64,000 nucleotides of DNA from Yuukianura sp. NJ FZ-2021 (lineage: Eukaryota), in assembly GCA_046563655.1 (NCBI GenBank), contig CM102290.1, positions 11,718,001 to 11,782,000 on the forward strand. Reading direction: 5' to 3'. Position numbers and translations under genes: made by a program. Positions within the stretch are counted from its first letter, which is position 1, and every line of letters starts with the position of its first letter. This document shows positions 39,601 through 52,000 of the stretch, piece by piece. The notes under the pieces are model-generated. The model was not told where the DNA came from, searched no databases, and worked only from the letters and a program-made list of their open reading frames with translations.

Positions 39601-41709
39601 CCATCTTCAAAAAATTTCCGGTAAGGAAAATTTAGCGAAAAGCTTATTATATTGGTTATTGTTGTGTTGTGTCTTTGGGATTTGTATTCCTCCTGTGACC
39701 TTGCTTTGAAAAAGTGTCCTTCCTCCGCAGAAAGTTGGTTAACACTTGCCTATGCCATTGACTTTGCTTTTGTTACCAACTACTATACTTATAAGAACGA
39801 GGATTAATTGCTTTCGCTCAAATTCTACTGACGTACTTTTGGAATTAACTAACAAAAAAAACATGGATTAAAGTAAACAATTTCATATTTTAGTTTTTTT
39901 GTCGCTTACAAAGTGCCCCACCCACTCCGAATGCCGTCCAGTTTGCGTAGAACAGACGATGTAAACTGCGTTGTAGTTTACAGGGTTGACCAATAACGTC
40001 ATCGCAGCATCCCGACGTTAATCCGGTGCAGGGCAAAGATCGCCTAAAAATAGAACATTAATCCTTCAATTAGTTTAATTTCTACTCGGGCATGGAACAT
40101 TATGTCTTTAGTGGTTCCGGCATTTTAACAAATCGGTGAGCTTTTTTGATCAATGTCTTTGATATCCGATGCTTCAGACAGAGACAAAAGTTTATCGATA
40201 TGTTTTGGCAACTATCCATTTCTGACACAAAATACACCACACCAACAGCATATAGCTTTAGATGTGTTTTTTCACACTTATGTCACACTATCATTGGCAC
40301 TGACAAGACTCTGGCACTTGGCCCATACACAGCATTACAACCTGCGTAAATTTGGACTATTGAAAGTCGGTCACGCCGGAAACCAACTTTGTGACAAACG
40401 GGGTTCAATTTTTATGGCAGTGGGGCGGTTTAAATGGAGGTTGGCCAAGACTTATAGGCTTAACACTTCCCGTCTTCCCACCGGCGAGGTCAATCACCTG
40501 TCCCGGGCCTTCCCCAAACGTTTTTCTCAGTATTTCCGACGATTACGATGATTGGACATGACGATTGATCTGATTTATGAAAAAACAAAAACATGAATCA
40601 GTGAAAAACCAAAGTTGACAACCATGCCCCAACATATCTATTTAAAATTGATACTTCGTCTGTTGCTTACTAATTAACTGATGTCTCTCCTTAACTTGTA
40701 GGCTGCAACTTAACAGTTCAACTCAAATGAACTCTAATGCATTCCTCGAACACTCCGTGACCGTTCACCCCCGCATATCCCACGTCCTGGAAGTATGATT
40801 TAGTTAGTACTTAAGTACAAAAATAGTAAGATTTAGATTCACTTACTCGGAACTAATGGACTCCATACTGGTGGGTGATCATCCTATTGTCGTTTTATGT
40901 TCCAAATGGATGAAGATGAGCAAACAAAAGAAGTCCAGAGATCAAGATGTCCAAGATGAGGAGGAACAGGACACAGGAGGTAGAGTGACATGTCATGCTG
41001 ATGCTGGGGAGAAGCCATTTAGAAACTAATTATCGTAAGATAGCCGCCTTTCAATTACTCAACACTTACTAAGGACTCCCTCCAGAAACTCTCCGTTCAG
41101 TTTCCATCCAACCTCTGTCTGATCTGTTTCTCTTCTCTTTCTCTTGTTGTACGGAATAAACATCACTTACTTCACTACTGTTGCTACTGTCCCAACATAC
41201 TGAAACAATTGATAAAGTAATTAGTTGCTTACAAACAGTAACAGCAAACATAAGAGCATGAGCCTTAATTGTTAAACAGTATCTAAAGTCACAGTGATTG
41301 TTTAGGTATAAAGCCGGCTCCGCTCCAATTGGACAATCTTCTAGCGGCTAAAATTTAGCGTCTCCAGGACTTGTGAGACTGGAAACGTTACCGCTGGTGA
41401 TTGTTGCTAACTTACCCTGTTTTAGTTTTGTGATTAACTATGAGAGCTTTGGGTGTCCGATTGTTGTGTTGTAGCTCTCATTTGTGTCAAATCCCATTAT
41501 CGTCAATCTATTCCGAAATAGAAAGAACTAAATCTACAGTTGAGGAACAGTGCTTGATTTTTAACCCACTTTAACCCTTCAAAGGTCAATCGGATTGACC
41601 CGGCAGGTTTTCGGGCAGATCAAAATCAAACTACTAACTTCTAAATCCATTTAAGGAATTGGTGGACGACAGTCGTCGTGATAAGGTGTGAAGTGCGGAT
41701 AAGTAGAGA

Positions 41710-44590
41710 ATGGAACAAGTTCTGCCAATTCCGCCGGACGTTCCGACGCTAGTTGAGGTTGACCCGATTTTTAGTACGGAAAATACATATCGCTTCTATG
41801 GTGAAACAATTGCGTTCAGTGTCCTCCTCGTCCTTGGATTCATTACGAATGGCCCACTTCTAGTCATCTACTTTCGGTCCAAACACATTCGGTCCATTGT
41901 TGACAAGTAAGTTTTCGCTCTTTTTGACACTTTTAACTTACCACAGTTTCATTGAATTGGTACTTTGAGGTGTGCCAAACCGTTTCTAAAAAGTTGCTTT
42001 CAACAGTTCATTGCGCAACAAAATTTCAATTTTGAGAAATTTGAAAATTTGGGCTGAGGCTGACCTTGGGGGAGGGGGTAGAAATCCATCAGATTTCTTG
42101 TAACTTTCTGAAATAAGGTCTAAAACTAAATTTTTGGAAATGTACAAGGCCTATTCTAGGTGAATTTTTAATTTTGAACAATAATCGTAACTTTAACTTT
42201 ATGTTTTTAAAAAAAAAAAACAACAACAAAACAAACGCTTAGAAGCTACGGACAGAGTCACCACATGACCTTATGTAGGTGGAGGGGGCGCAAGAGCGTA
42301 TCTGTTCTGGTCTGCTTTCACAAGAACGTTCCGGTTTGAGCTACTATCGGCCTTGGCTGAAGGATTTTGTATTTGGAAATGGGATATGGCTTCCATGTGG
42401 CAAAAGTTAGTTGACTTCTGTCCAGATTAAAGTTAATCCAGTTAAGTATAGTTATAGGACGCTGTCCCCTTGTAACTGGCCTACTACGGGGTCATGGGAA
42501 CCTAAATGACGCCGTTCTAAGCACCATGTCAATCTAGAACCAAAAGTCCACGGAAAAGTTGGACTCTACACGTGTAATTCGTCTATTGTTGGGCAATTGA
42601 CACCAATTTTGAACACTGATTCTATTTTTTGTGTTTTTGATTCAGGCTTCTGTTCAATATGCTCATTGCTGATGCGCTGTGTGTCCTCGTTCTCCTTCCT
42701 ACGATACTCATTGACTTGATATTTCCGGAAGAAGGATCTGGTGTTAGTGGCCTCGACGTAGCAGAGTATCTGGTGACCACAGGGTCTGGTACTGCCATTC
42801 CAGTGCCAGTTATGGGATCGTCCAATGCTGCATCACCACTCAGTATTAGCAACAGGAACCTCATGGAGGCTTCAGCCGTTGTGATTCTGGGCAGTACAGG
42901 GAGACCTAGTTGGGCATGCGCCTTCAAGAAGTGTCTTCTGTCCGGAGTCTCAACGGCGTCCATCTTGGCCTCATTGGAAATAGCCGTAGAGAGGTTTCTG
43001 GCAGTCGTCAACCCCCTACACTACCATGAATTTGTGACCAAGACGGGCGTTATGCTCACATCTTCAGTTGGAAGTACCATTGCCATCGGTAAGATAACTT
43101 CCGCAGTTTAGTGGCTCACTTTTATCAATGAAAGTAACTCGGTGGCGCCTTTGTTATGACTTAAGATGAGTCAAACAATAACAAATGTGGACCTTAACTT
43201 CTATGATTTTGTAGTTTCAGCAATTCTGTCGTCACTTGACCCGTGCCAACCCGTGTTCCCTGGCTGTGTGAAGAACATGAGCTCTGTGTCAGACTCGTTT
43301 TGGTGGCCTTGTTACACCCTGGTCCATGTCACTCTCTTCTTCATCCTGCCAATCATTCTCATGACCTTCATTTATATCAAGATTTGGTGGGAGGCGAGGA
43401 GACAGAGAGCCAAGATGAGTCACCAATACAAAAGACCATTCTTCGTCAACGTTCCAAACTATGGTCATCATCCAGACGACGGGTTGAATGTCCATGAAGC
43501 CGGTAAGTCCACAGTTCATGGGAAGTGTTTATTTTTAAGACAAGCGGCCATGACATTTGGGCATGTTTGTATATCTAGCTGTCGAGGAAACGAAGCGAGG
43601 GAAGCGATTCTACATCCACCCAATCCTATTGCGATTCAAGTTGATTGAACGCTTGGTGGCTCCAAGGATGGACCGAGCAGCGCGGGTTGCCATTTGTACT
43701 CTGTGTGTCACAATTCTGTGTTGGGGTCCCTTCTACTTTGTTGAAACGTCGCATGCACTTATGTCGCTTTTGGTAAGTTTTTGAATTATGAAGAATCCAG
43801 GAATCGAGAAGTTAAATTTTACTTTGAAATTTTTGTGGAAAAACTAACAATTTGATTCAATCTTCGTTTTTAGGAGAACAAGTCTGGAATCAAAGCTTGG
43901 CGCCATTTGGAAACAGTCATTCCTCTATTTTTTGCAAGTCTTCATGCCATTATCGCCCCGTTCTTTTATGCCTACCGCTACAAACGAGTACGACACGAGG
44001 CACTGAAGATGTCCGGTTTTGAGCTGTGTTTCCATGGAACCAAATGCATGGACCCTCTCTCTCCACGCAAATCCATTGTCCTTGACTACCATGACATTCA
44101 CCTCAACTCCGCTGCCTCAAAGACCAATCAAATTCTGACTCCAGTTAACTCCGAAGTCGGACTGCATATGAACCTTACAGACCAACATCTCAATCCTCCC
44201 GACCAATCACAATCCTACCACTCTCCGCCAAATACTCCCACCCTCCCGAGATTCCACATCGGAGAGATTCCACATGGACCAATCGGAATGGAGAACGCAG
44301 ACGATAGCTCCTCCTCCAACAACATTCCTCTTCAGGGGCACAATGAATCTCACGTCAGTTTGACTATAAGCGAACCGCCAACGAAGAAGCATTTTCTGGA
44401 TGTTGGTGCATTTTTGCACGGTGTGTCGGCTTGGATTCGATCCTACTCGGAACGCTGGGGAAGTCACCGTGAATCTGTTACCAGCAACTCCTCAATTCTC
44501 ATGCTGCTCAACAACGGTCAAGTTCCGCCAAACCCACTGCCAATCCCTGCCATTCGAATCACTTCGGACCTCCCAATGGCTCAAGTCTGA
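41710..44590 (+). CDS. Orphan rhodopsin-like (class A) GPCR, 5 exons
   Basis: TM1 LGFITNGPLL; TM2 NMLIADALC; TM3 IAVERFLAVVNPLHY; TM5 FFILPIILMTFIYIKI; TM6 CWGPF; TM7 IIAPFFYAYR; long C-terminal tail. Confidence 0.85.
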
Positions 44591-45120
44591 ACAAAATTTA
44601 CACGGAAACGTATCAAACCCACCGCCATTTTCTAATTTTTGGTCTAAATTTTTACCTAAGTTATACCGGATGCTGTTTTAGACTATTTTATGAAAACTGA
44701 ATTTTTCTAAGTTCCAAACCAGCCATGACCAGGGTTTTGTGTATCATGAGCTTAAAAGTGTCTAAATGAACTTGATGCAAAATAAAAGTTGAACACAAAA
44801 ACGTTTTGAATACTGGAAATGAAAATTGAATAAATTGTTATTCCGAGGTAAGTTAGACGATACAACACAACAAGTGTAATCGAACTTAAGGTATGAAATA
44901 ATATATGAGTTAACATAACAAAAGTTAACTAACTTAACACATACGCTTATCGAAATGGAGACTTAAGGGCTAAATGTTTCCTAAATCTATGCGTAATTCT
45001 ATAGGTTCTTCGTTGTCAGTCCGCTAAGAGGCTCCAAGGCGATGAGCGATGGGTTCCCGCGTCGACGTCCAAAAATTCAGCTGCTGAGACAGACGAGACT
45101 CCCCCCTTGGTCCATCTTCA

Positions 45121-45221
45121 AGCGATCCAGCATCCGTCCATGGTCCACGTCGAAGAAAAGTTCCAGCGATCCAGCATCCGTCCATGCTCCAGGTCGAAGA
45201 AAAGTTCCAGCGATCCAGCAT
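45121..45221. repeat. 44-bp tandem repeat (~2.3 copies) in the NHL gene 3' region
   Basis: agcgatccagcat starts at 45121, 45165 and 45209. Confidence 0.85.
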
Positions 45222-45271
45222 TCAGCTACGATCCAGGTCGATTGGGCTGATGAGACGGTCCACCTCGTAGA

Positions 45272-47737
45272 TCAGCCAATGAGACGAATGCGCATCCCGC
45301 CACGGTCCACGATACAGATGAGGTCGTCACAGGTACAGGCGAATACTGGCATCTCCAGCTTGATGTCGTGTCCCAGTTTCCGCTCCAGAGTGTCCAGCAG
45401 TTCTCCAGAAGGATTGACATATCGAATGGCATTTCGTCTCGAGTCGCAGATAAGCAAGTTCCCCGTGCGTTGTTCCAGTGTGATTCCTTGTGGGCGTACG
45501 GTGATTTCTCCTGGTCCAAACTTCTTGTGGAAACTGAGGTTGAGGTCCAGCTCCAACGTGACAGCCAAGTTGAAGTCCGTGACGAAGATCCGAGTTCCTG
45601 AGAGCCAAAATTAAAAAAAAACTATTAGTACAGTTGAAGTGAACTTAATAAAATCCCTGAAATTTAATTTAAAATTATGTTCAAGCAGCTAGACAACAAC
45701 TTTTCAATTTCGAATTGTTGAATTTAGTATAAAAAGAAACTTACCGGTAGAGTCAAAGGCGATTCCACGAGGTTGGTCAAACTGCTTCCGAAACTCGTAA
45801 GGATTCTTCTCAAAAATGGAGTACTTGCGCAGAAACGTTCCGTCTGCTCTGAAGAGTTGGACACGATGATTTTTGGAGTCAGCGACAGCAATGAGTTCTC
45901 CGTTAGGCGACGCAGCGATTCCCCACGGAAACGAAAATTGTCCATCCTGACAACAACAAAAATTAAAAAATTGTTAAACGAACCTTGGCCAAATAATCAA
46001 AAAAAAAAAAAAACATTCGCATAGACTTGGCCATATTTTTCTTAAGTTTTACCTGGTAGCCAAATTGTCCAAATTGCTTCAAAACGGATCCATCCAGAGA
46101 GTAGATGATGACAATGTGGTTTCCTTTGTCCGTGACGTACAGACGCTGTTGAACGGAGTCCAGAGCAATGCCTGTTGGGTGGTACGTCTCCATTGGTGGA
46201 TTTGGAAATGGCCATCCCCAGCGATCCGTCAGCGTCAACTCCTTGTTGTGTACAGTGAAGATCAGGATTTCTGCACCTTGTCGATCCGCCGTGAAGAGCT
46301 GTTCAAAAACAAAATTCAAAATTAGCAACTTCCAACATAAAAAGAACTAAAATTTTTCATTATTTTTGGAATTACCTGTCTAGTGGCAGAATTGTAAGCC
46401 ATTCCCCATAGCTTGAACTTGGACAGCATAAAAGATGAGCTGTAGGTCGACGGTTGTAGTTGCGTTCCAAATGGAGTTGAGGTGTCGTCCTGCGCATGTG
46501 TTGGATCCATTGATACTTCGATAGGGAACGGACTTCCATCGATGTTCTTCTCGAACTCAGACAGTACTACTGCGACTTCGTACACCTCCGGGCAGTCTGC
46601 CCAGAAGGAACACACGATTCGGATCTGCGGCTTGTTCCGGTCCTTGCTCAGCCGAACAGTGACCGAATTCCCGCTGCTGTTGGAGACGATGACATTGAAG
46701 GCAGCAGGATTCGTGATTCCATGCGGTTGCTTCGAAGCGATGAAGAAGATGACTTCGCGATGCATGACCTGGGCTGGGCAGGATGGATAGGTCACGTAGT
46801 CTTTCGGTCCTCGTTGAAATGCATCCGTACTCCAGTCGTCCTTCAATGGTTCCCCGGTGGCCAAGTTTCCCATTGGAGGTGCCGATGGACACGGATACTG
46901 CTCAACGTGACTGATGTTGCCGCTTCCAAAGTAGTTGAAGTTGCTGAATCCGTACTGCGCAGGCTTGATCTTGTTCATTGGAGGAGCAGCAGGCTGGAGG
47001 GCAGAGCTGAAGGTTTGCGATTGCGTCTTCTTGAGTCCTGGTGCCCTGTCGAACAGTTGAGTGCTGTTGGTCTTCGGTGGACCTGAAGACGGCGGAGTAC
47101 TGCCCGAAACAGCTCCAGAGAAGCCTCGATATCCAGTGCTGACAGCGTTTGAAACGGGTGGGGCTGACCAATCCAATCCAGTCGTTGCAGATCCAAACCA
47201 TCCATAGGTGGAAGCAGGAGCAGCGGGAGGTTGAGGTGACATCCAGCTGAGGAATCGCTGTGATTGGTTCATCTTGTCCTTGTGTGATGGGGAGTCCGAC
47301 GGGCTCATCGTTGCAGGAGTGTTGGTTGTCCGACGTGGGTAGAATCCCGAGGAAGTGACTGAAGCCAGAGTTGAAAATTGTTCGACGACGGTGTCTTCTG
47401 TGCCAGCGTTGCTGATGTCCACGTCGTCCATGACAGCAAGACCTGCCAGAGTGCCAAAACGATCCGGCAGTGGAAGTGAGTAGTCATCGTTGCTGGAGCT
47501 GGAACACGGAGTTGAGGAGCTGCTGCTGTCGTTGCCGTGGAGTGGTGGAAATCCTGGTGGAGGCGACGTCTGCTCAGCATAGAAGGCCTGGAAGTAGTTG
47601 AGTCCTCCTCGTGTAGACCTTGTCCAGGGGCTGCTCTCCTTCAGTGCAGTTGAAGCCCAGGGGCTGCTGTCCTTCAGTGAAGTCTCGGAGTCCTGCCCGT
47701 CCCCGCTTCCAGTCCTCGCGTTGAACGAAGAAGTCAT
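45272..47737 (-). CDS. Filamin-repeat + NHL beta-propeller protein with a disordered N-terminus (TRIM-NHL-like, no RING/B-box), 4 exons
   Basis: Exons 47737-46376, 46298-46053, 45946-45745, 45597-45272. Filamin-like segment ends YEVAV..IDGSPFPIEV. NHL repeats HPTGIALD..LYVTDKGNHIV, FSFPWGIAASP..VADSKNHRVQLF, FDQPRGIAFD..IFVTD, RPQGIT..LICDSRRNAI. The ORF is open to ATG 47866; ATG 47737 is preferred because of its Kozak context and the putative Inr. Confidence 0.85.
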
Positions 47738-47815
47738 GGCGGTGTTCCTCCGGACCTCGATGTGGTGTAGCCTGATGTCGTGCAGTCCGTCGTCTTCTTC
47801 TCCAGTTGGTAGAGA

Positions 47816-47985
47816 GGAGCTCCTTCCAGGTCGAGCTCCGGAATTGGAATGACAACTTTTTTCCATTTCACTTAGAAAGAAACCTCGGTTTAGGCGGTTT
47901 TTGGAACAAAGAAGATCTCATCAGCCAATCACAAGCGAGCTCCTTTGTTTCCCATCAGCCAATCAGAAAGGAGCTTCTTTGTTCC
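47816..47985 (-). promoter_or_regulatory. Putative core/proximal promoter of the NHL gene
   Basis: TCATTC at 47852-47847. AACCGAGGTTTC at 47890-47879. GAAGGAGCTCC at 47826-47816. A duplicated 34-bp unit carries CCAATCA (47925, 47959) and CTTTGTT (47943, 47977). AACAAAG at 47905. Confidence 0.65.
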
Positions 47986-48076
47986 GTTTAGGAGGCAACA
48001 TTCCTGACATTCCATTATCACTCACTCCCCTCATGGGTCATGCGTGGGGCTCTGCATGCTCTTTACCTGAAATATG

Positions 48077-48282
48077 GGTTGGAGTAAACCCAAATTGCAC
48101 TGTTTGTAACCACAGTGCTGCAACAGACGCCATTTTTGCAACCACTGATTGGTTACAATGGAATTGTTAGGTAAGGTGTTTCCTTTTGCAACCACCTTAA
48201 TGTAACCATAGAATGGCTACAAAAATTCCGTCAGTGGTTACATTGTGTGGTTATAATAGATGCATTTAGGTTTACTTCAACC
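48077..48282. mobile_element. Degenerate palindromic MITE-like element
   Basis: ggttggagtaaacccaaattgca (48077-48099) is an imperfect inverse of tgcatttaggtttacttcaacc (48261-48282); internal gtaacca/ggttaca subrepeats; no TSD resolved. Confidence 0.45.
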
Positions 48283-49026
48283 GAAAACAGATCAATATTA
48301 TTTAACAATAAATATTTAGGATATTCAAAAATTATTTTTAAATGATTCAAAATTAAAATAAAATTGAAATACCTTCATAATTATTTTTTGAAAACAGTTT
48401 CTAATTAAATTATTTACGAGCACATTTACTTCAAGAGCTCTCGCTACAGTATCTTTGTGCTCTCAGAAATGTGTTGCTCCGCCAGCATATCGCTGAATTC
48501 TAGCAGCGCTGAATTCTTAGTTGAGTTAATGATCACATAAGCAAACGTTTATTTTCAGGTGGAAGTAGAGACGGCTCATGTTGTCCAGCACTTACTCAAT
48601 AGCACAATTTAGTTGAATAGAATGGTAATATCATATTTAGTTAAAGTAGTTACGCATTACAACTTAAAAGCAAATGTTAAGTAGATTCCATGATTCAAGT
48701 TACGAATTGAATTATGAAAAGATTTCAGATAAGCTCAAAGAAAATTAAGCAGAGACGCGTTACGTGAAAATTCGGTACGAAAAGAATGATTGAGTTATGA
48801 CAGGGAATGTAAGATCAAATCAAAATGACAAAATACTAGTGAAAGCACTAAAATATGCTTTTAAAACGAAATTAAGATTTTTAAGTTTAAACTTTCAGAT
48901 TTTGTAAGATTGAGATTTGTAATGAGAAAAAAAAATACTTCCCAGCATTCTGGGCTAAGTTCATAATTTAGTTGCTCGAGGTTTGGCTTGGTATGATTAG
49001 TTAGATTCTTTGTTGAGGTTCACAGG

Positions 49027-52000
49027 TTAGGATTGATCACCACGGTAGTCCTCTTCACTCACACTCTGGCGAAGATACTCCGCGTACATTGCTTTCTAGC
49101 CAAAGGAAGTTGACAATTAATCATAAATATATTAAAATTACTTCAATTAACGTCTGTTGCTGCTGGAAGTCCAAGGCATTGACTTACTTTACGTTCAATG
49201 GTATCATTAAGGACTTGAGATGCTTCTTTGAATGACTTGAGTTGGCGAGGTGGTAGAGTCTTTTCAAGCGGGTAACAACGTGGAATGATGAGGCAGGCGG
49301 CTGAGAGAATAACACAGGCGATCACAACTTCAAGGTGGTAAGCTTGCGGCATCAACGTCCAAATTGCTGCAATTTGCACCTAGATAAATTGCGTAAATTT
49401 TATGAAATTGAGTTGGTACGTCTGAGAAAAATTGATGAAAATGTTGCTTACAAGGAACTGACGGACATATGGCGCATACACTCCAAAAGTAACCAAGTTT
49501 TGGGTCATGGATTCTTGAGAAAAGTTGGCTGCCAGGATACTGGTGAACAGAATTAGCGGAATCAAGATTCCAACGAAACTGGAAATGGTACCTGGAGAAA
49601 GTCATAAACATAAATCAACGTTCATAGCACAGTGCATATGCTTTTCCTAACACAAAAAAAATTGAAAACTGGAAAAACTGAAAAGCCACATCTCAAAAAA
49701 ACCTCGAAAAATAAAGAAAAAAATGTGACCTGAGCCTACTCTTTACGAGTGCTGCAGTTTATGTCAAGATATGAACGAATGCTAAAGGATACAGAAAATT
49801 AGCAGAAAACAAGTTGCGTAATCTATTCATATTTGTCGTTCCAATGTTAACTAAAAACTGTACGAATTCCTTCATAAACAGAAGAGCAACAACTCAGTTC
49901 CGTTTGTTTGACCTACCTCGAATGGTACGTTGCTTATTTCGAGTACGTGCTGCTAGGTCAGAGGCGATAAGATCCTCGAGTTTGATGCTCAAGCTGCTTG
50001 AATAAGTCTCCAGGGTATTCAGTGCATTTTGAACTGTGCTATCGATGCATTTGGAAATTTCAGTACATGTGTCATCAATCTGATTGGCACAGCGTGTAGG
50101 CTTGATCAAAACGAAAAAAAAAGTTTAACGAAACTCTGGCGTTCGGTTTAAATCTTTAAAAGTTGTTTTTGTAAAAGTCTTACCTTGGAAGAGAAAACGT
50201 CCGGCAGATAAATCGTTGGCATGTCAAACCCACTTCTGTTCAGTCCTTGTCTCTTGCAAAGTTCCTGCACAATCTGCATCAGGACCCTTAAAAAGACAAA
50301 AGAAAATGAAAACACAAGCATGAAGGCTCATTTTGTCAAAATTCTCAACTTGTAAGGCGTATCAGTCCGTTGCATACCCGTGTAATCTAAATACACACTA
50401 CTACTACTATTTCCAAGTACTTTTAACTTTTAAGTTGAGTCATTTCCAAAGGAAAGACCCTGTCTTTAGCCATAAAGGAAAGACAATGAATGGATGAATC
50501 AATTGATCCAATTACTCTGACTTCCTCTCCTTACTTTTGCCGGTCAGTCTCAGTCCCTGCTTCATCTGCCTTGGCCAAGTACAGACGCATCTTGTCACTA
50601 TGGTTCCCCCACATCTTCTCCACAATGTTCAGCGTCCGTTTGCACAAAGCTTGGCCCATGGGATCAAAAAACACAAAAACCAGATCAGCAATCTCACCTG
50701 TAAAAAACAACAAATTCGTTTTATTAGTTTAAAATTTATGTTAAAACGCATTCATTTCGTTTCTAAAATCTTTTTTCGCGTTACCAAGCCACAAAAGCGT
50801 TTCGTTGACATCAAATGGATAGTGCATGTCACCGTCCACAAGTCCAGGAGTGTCGATGAACGTGACCATGTTAAAGTTCTTGGCTCGAGAAGTACTGATT
50901 TCCGTAGCCAAGAAATCCATCACACCTAAAACCATTGTTAAAATCATGAAAAATCGAAATCATTCATAGTAGAAGTCATAACATAAAAATCGTCCAGACA
51001 AGCTTAGACCCAACGTAAAAAATATGACATGAGGAATGTAAATTTTTGGTTAAACAAGGACAACGACGACATTAAACCTGGGCCAACTCCTTAAGGAGGC
51101 CATCCAGGAAGGAAAACCAAAGTAAAAAGACATTTTAAATCTGAGAACAGAGGAAAAGGTAGTGGTAGGAATGGTCACCGGTGGAAAACCGAAGTGAGAC
51201 GTAGTAATACATTTTCATTTTCCCAGAAATTGTTAAAATCAGTCAAAAAAGAGAGTCAACTTCCTTGTTGTACATGTCTGATAAACTGCCTACAAGAAAA
51301 AATTAAAAAAAAAAAAAGCAAAAGCGTCTGGGGTAACAAAAAATCTAAAATTTTAAAAAATCGGTTCTAAAACAGCGATGTTTTTTAGCACTTTTGAGAT
51401 TATGACTTGTCCCACCTGCATAAAACCACTACAAAAGCTACACACCACATCACCCAAACCCAAATGCTGGCCATGCCTTGGCGATTGTGGGAAAACGATT
51501 GGTTGAAAGAACCACAGAAATAGAAGCATGGAGCAAAGTGTGAGAGTAAAAGTGATGAGACATGGCATAATAGTGGACTTGGACAGTAGTAGTTACATGT
51601 TGTCTGGGAAGACGTTGTCACTTGGACAAGTTTAAGATGAGTCCTTGGTCCTTGGCTCTCCCGGTGCGGTGGGTTCTTATTAATAAATGTTGTCCTATTA
51701 TCAGTTTACACCAGATGTTTCTGAGGTTTTGTCTCTTTATCGAATGAGCTACTTTAAGACACAAGGGAACTCAAATACCGTAAAACCTCTAATACAAGCC
51801 CCGGCTACTATTTTAATACCTCCAGACCCGGCCTACAATGGATACACAGGACCTGCATTAGATACCCAGCCTGTATTTGATACACGGCCTGTACTAGATA
51901 CTAGCCAGGATTGGGTACCCAGTCACGATTGGGTAGCCGTCCTGGATTGGGTACCAGCCCAGGATTCGGTACACGGCCTGTATTGAAAACCCGCCATGTC

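Noticed and set aside
38866..48079. Exact 15-bp inverted match between 38866-38880 and 48065-48079
   Set aside because: A few matches of this length are expected by chance in 64 kb of AT-rich DNA, and there is no TSD or extension.
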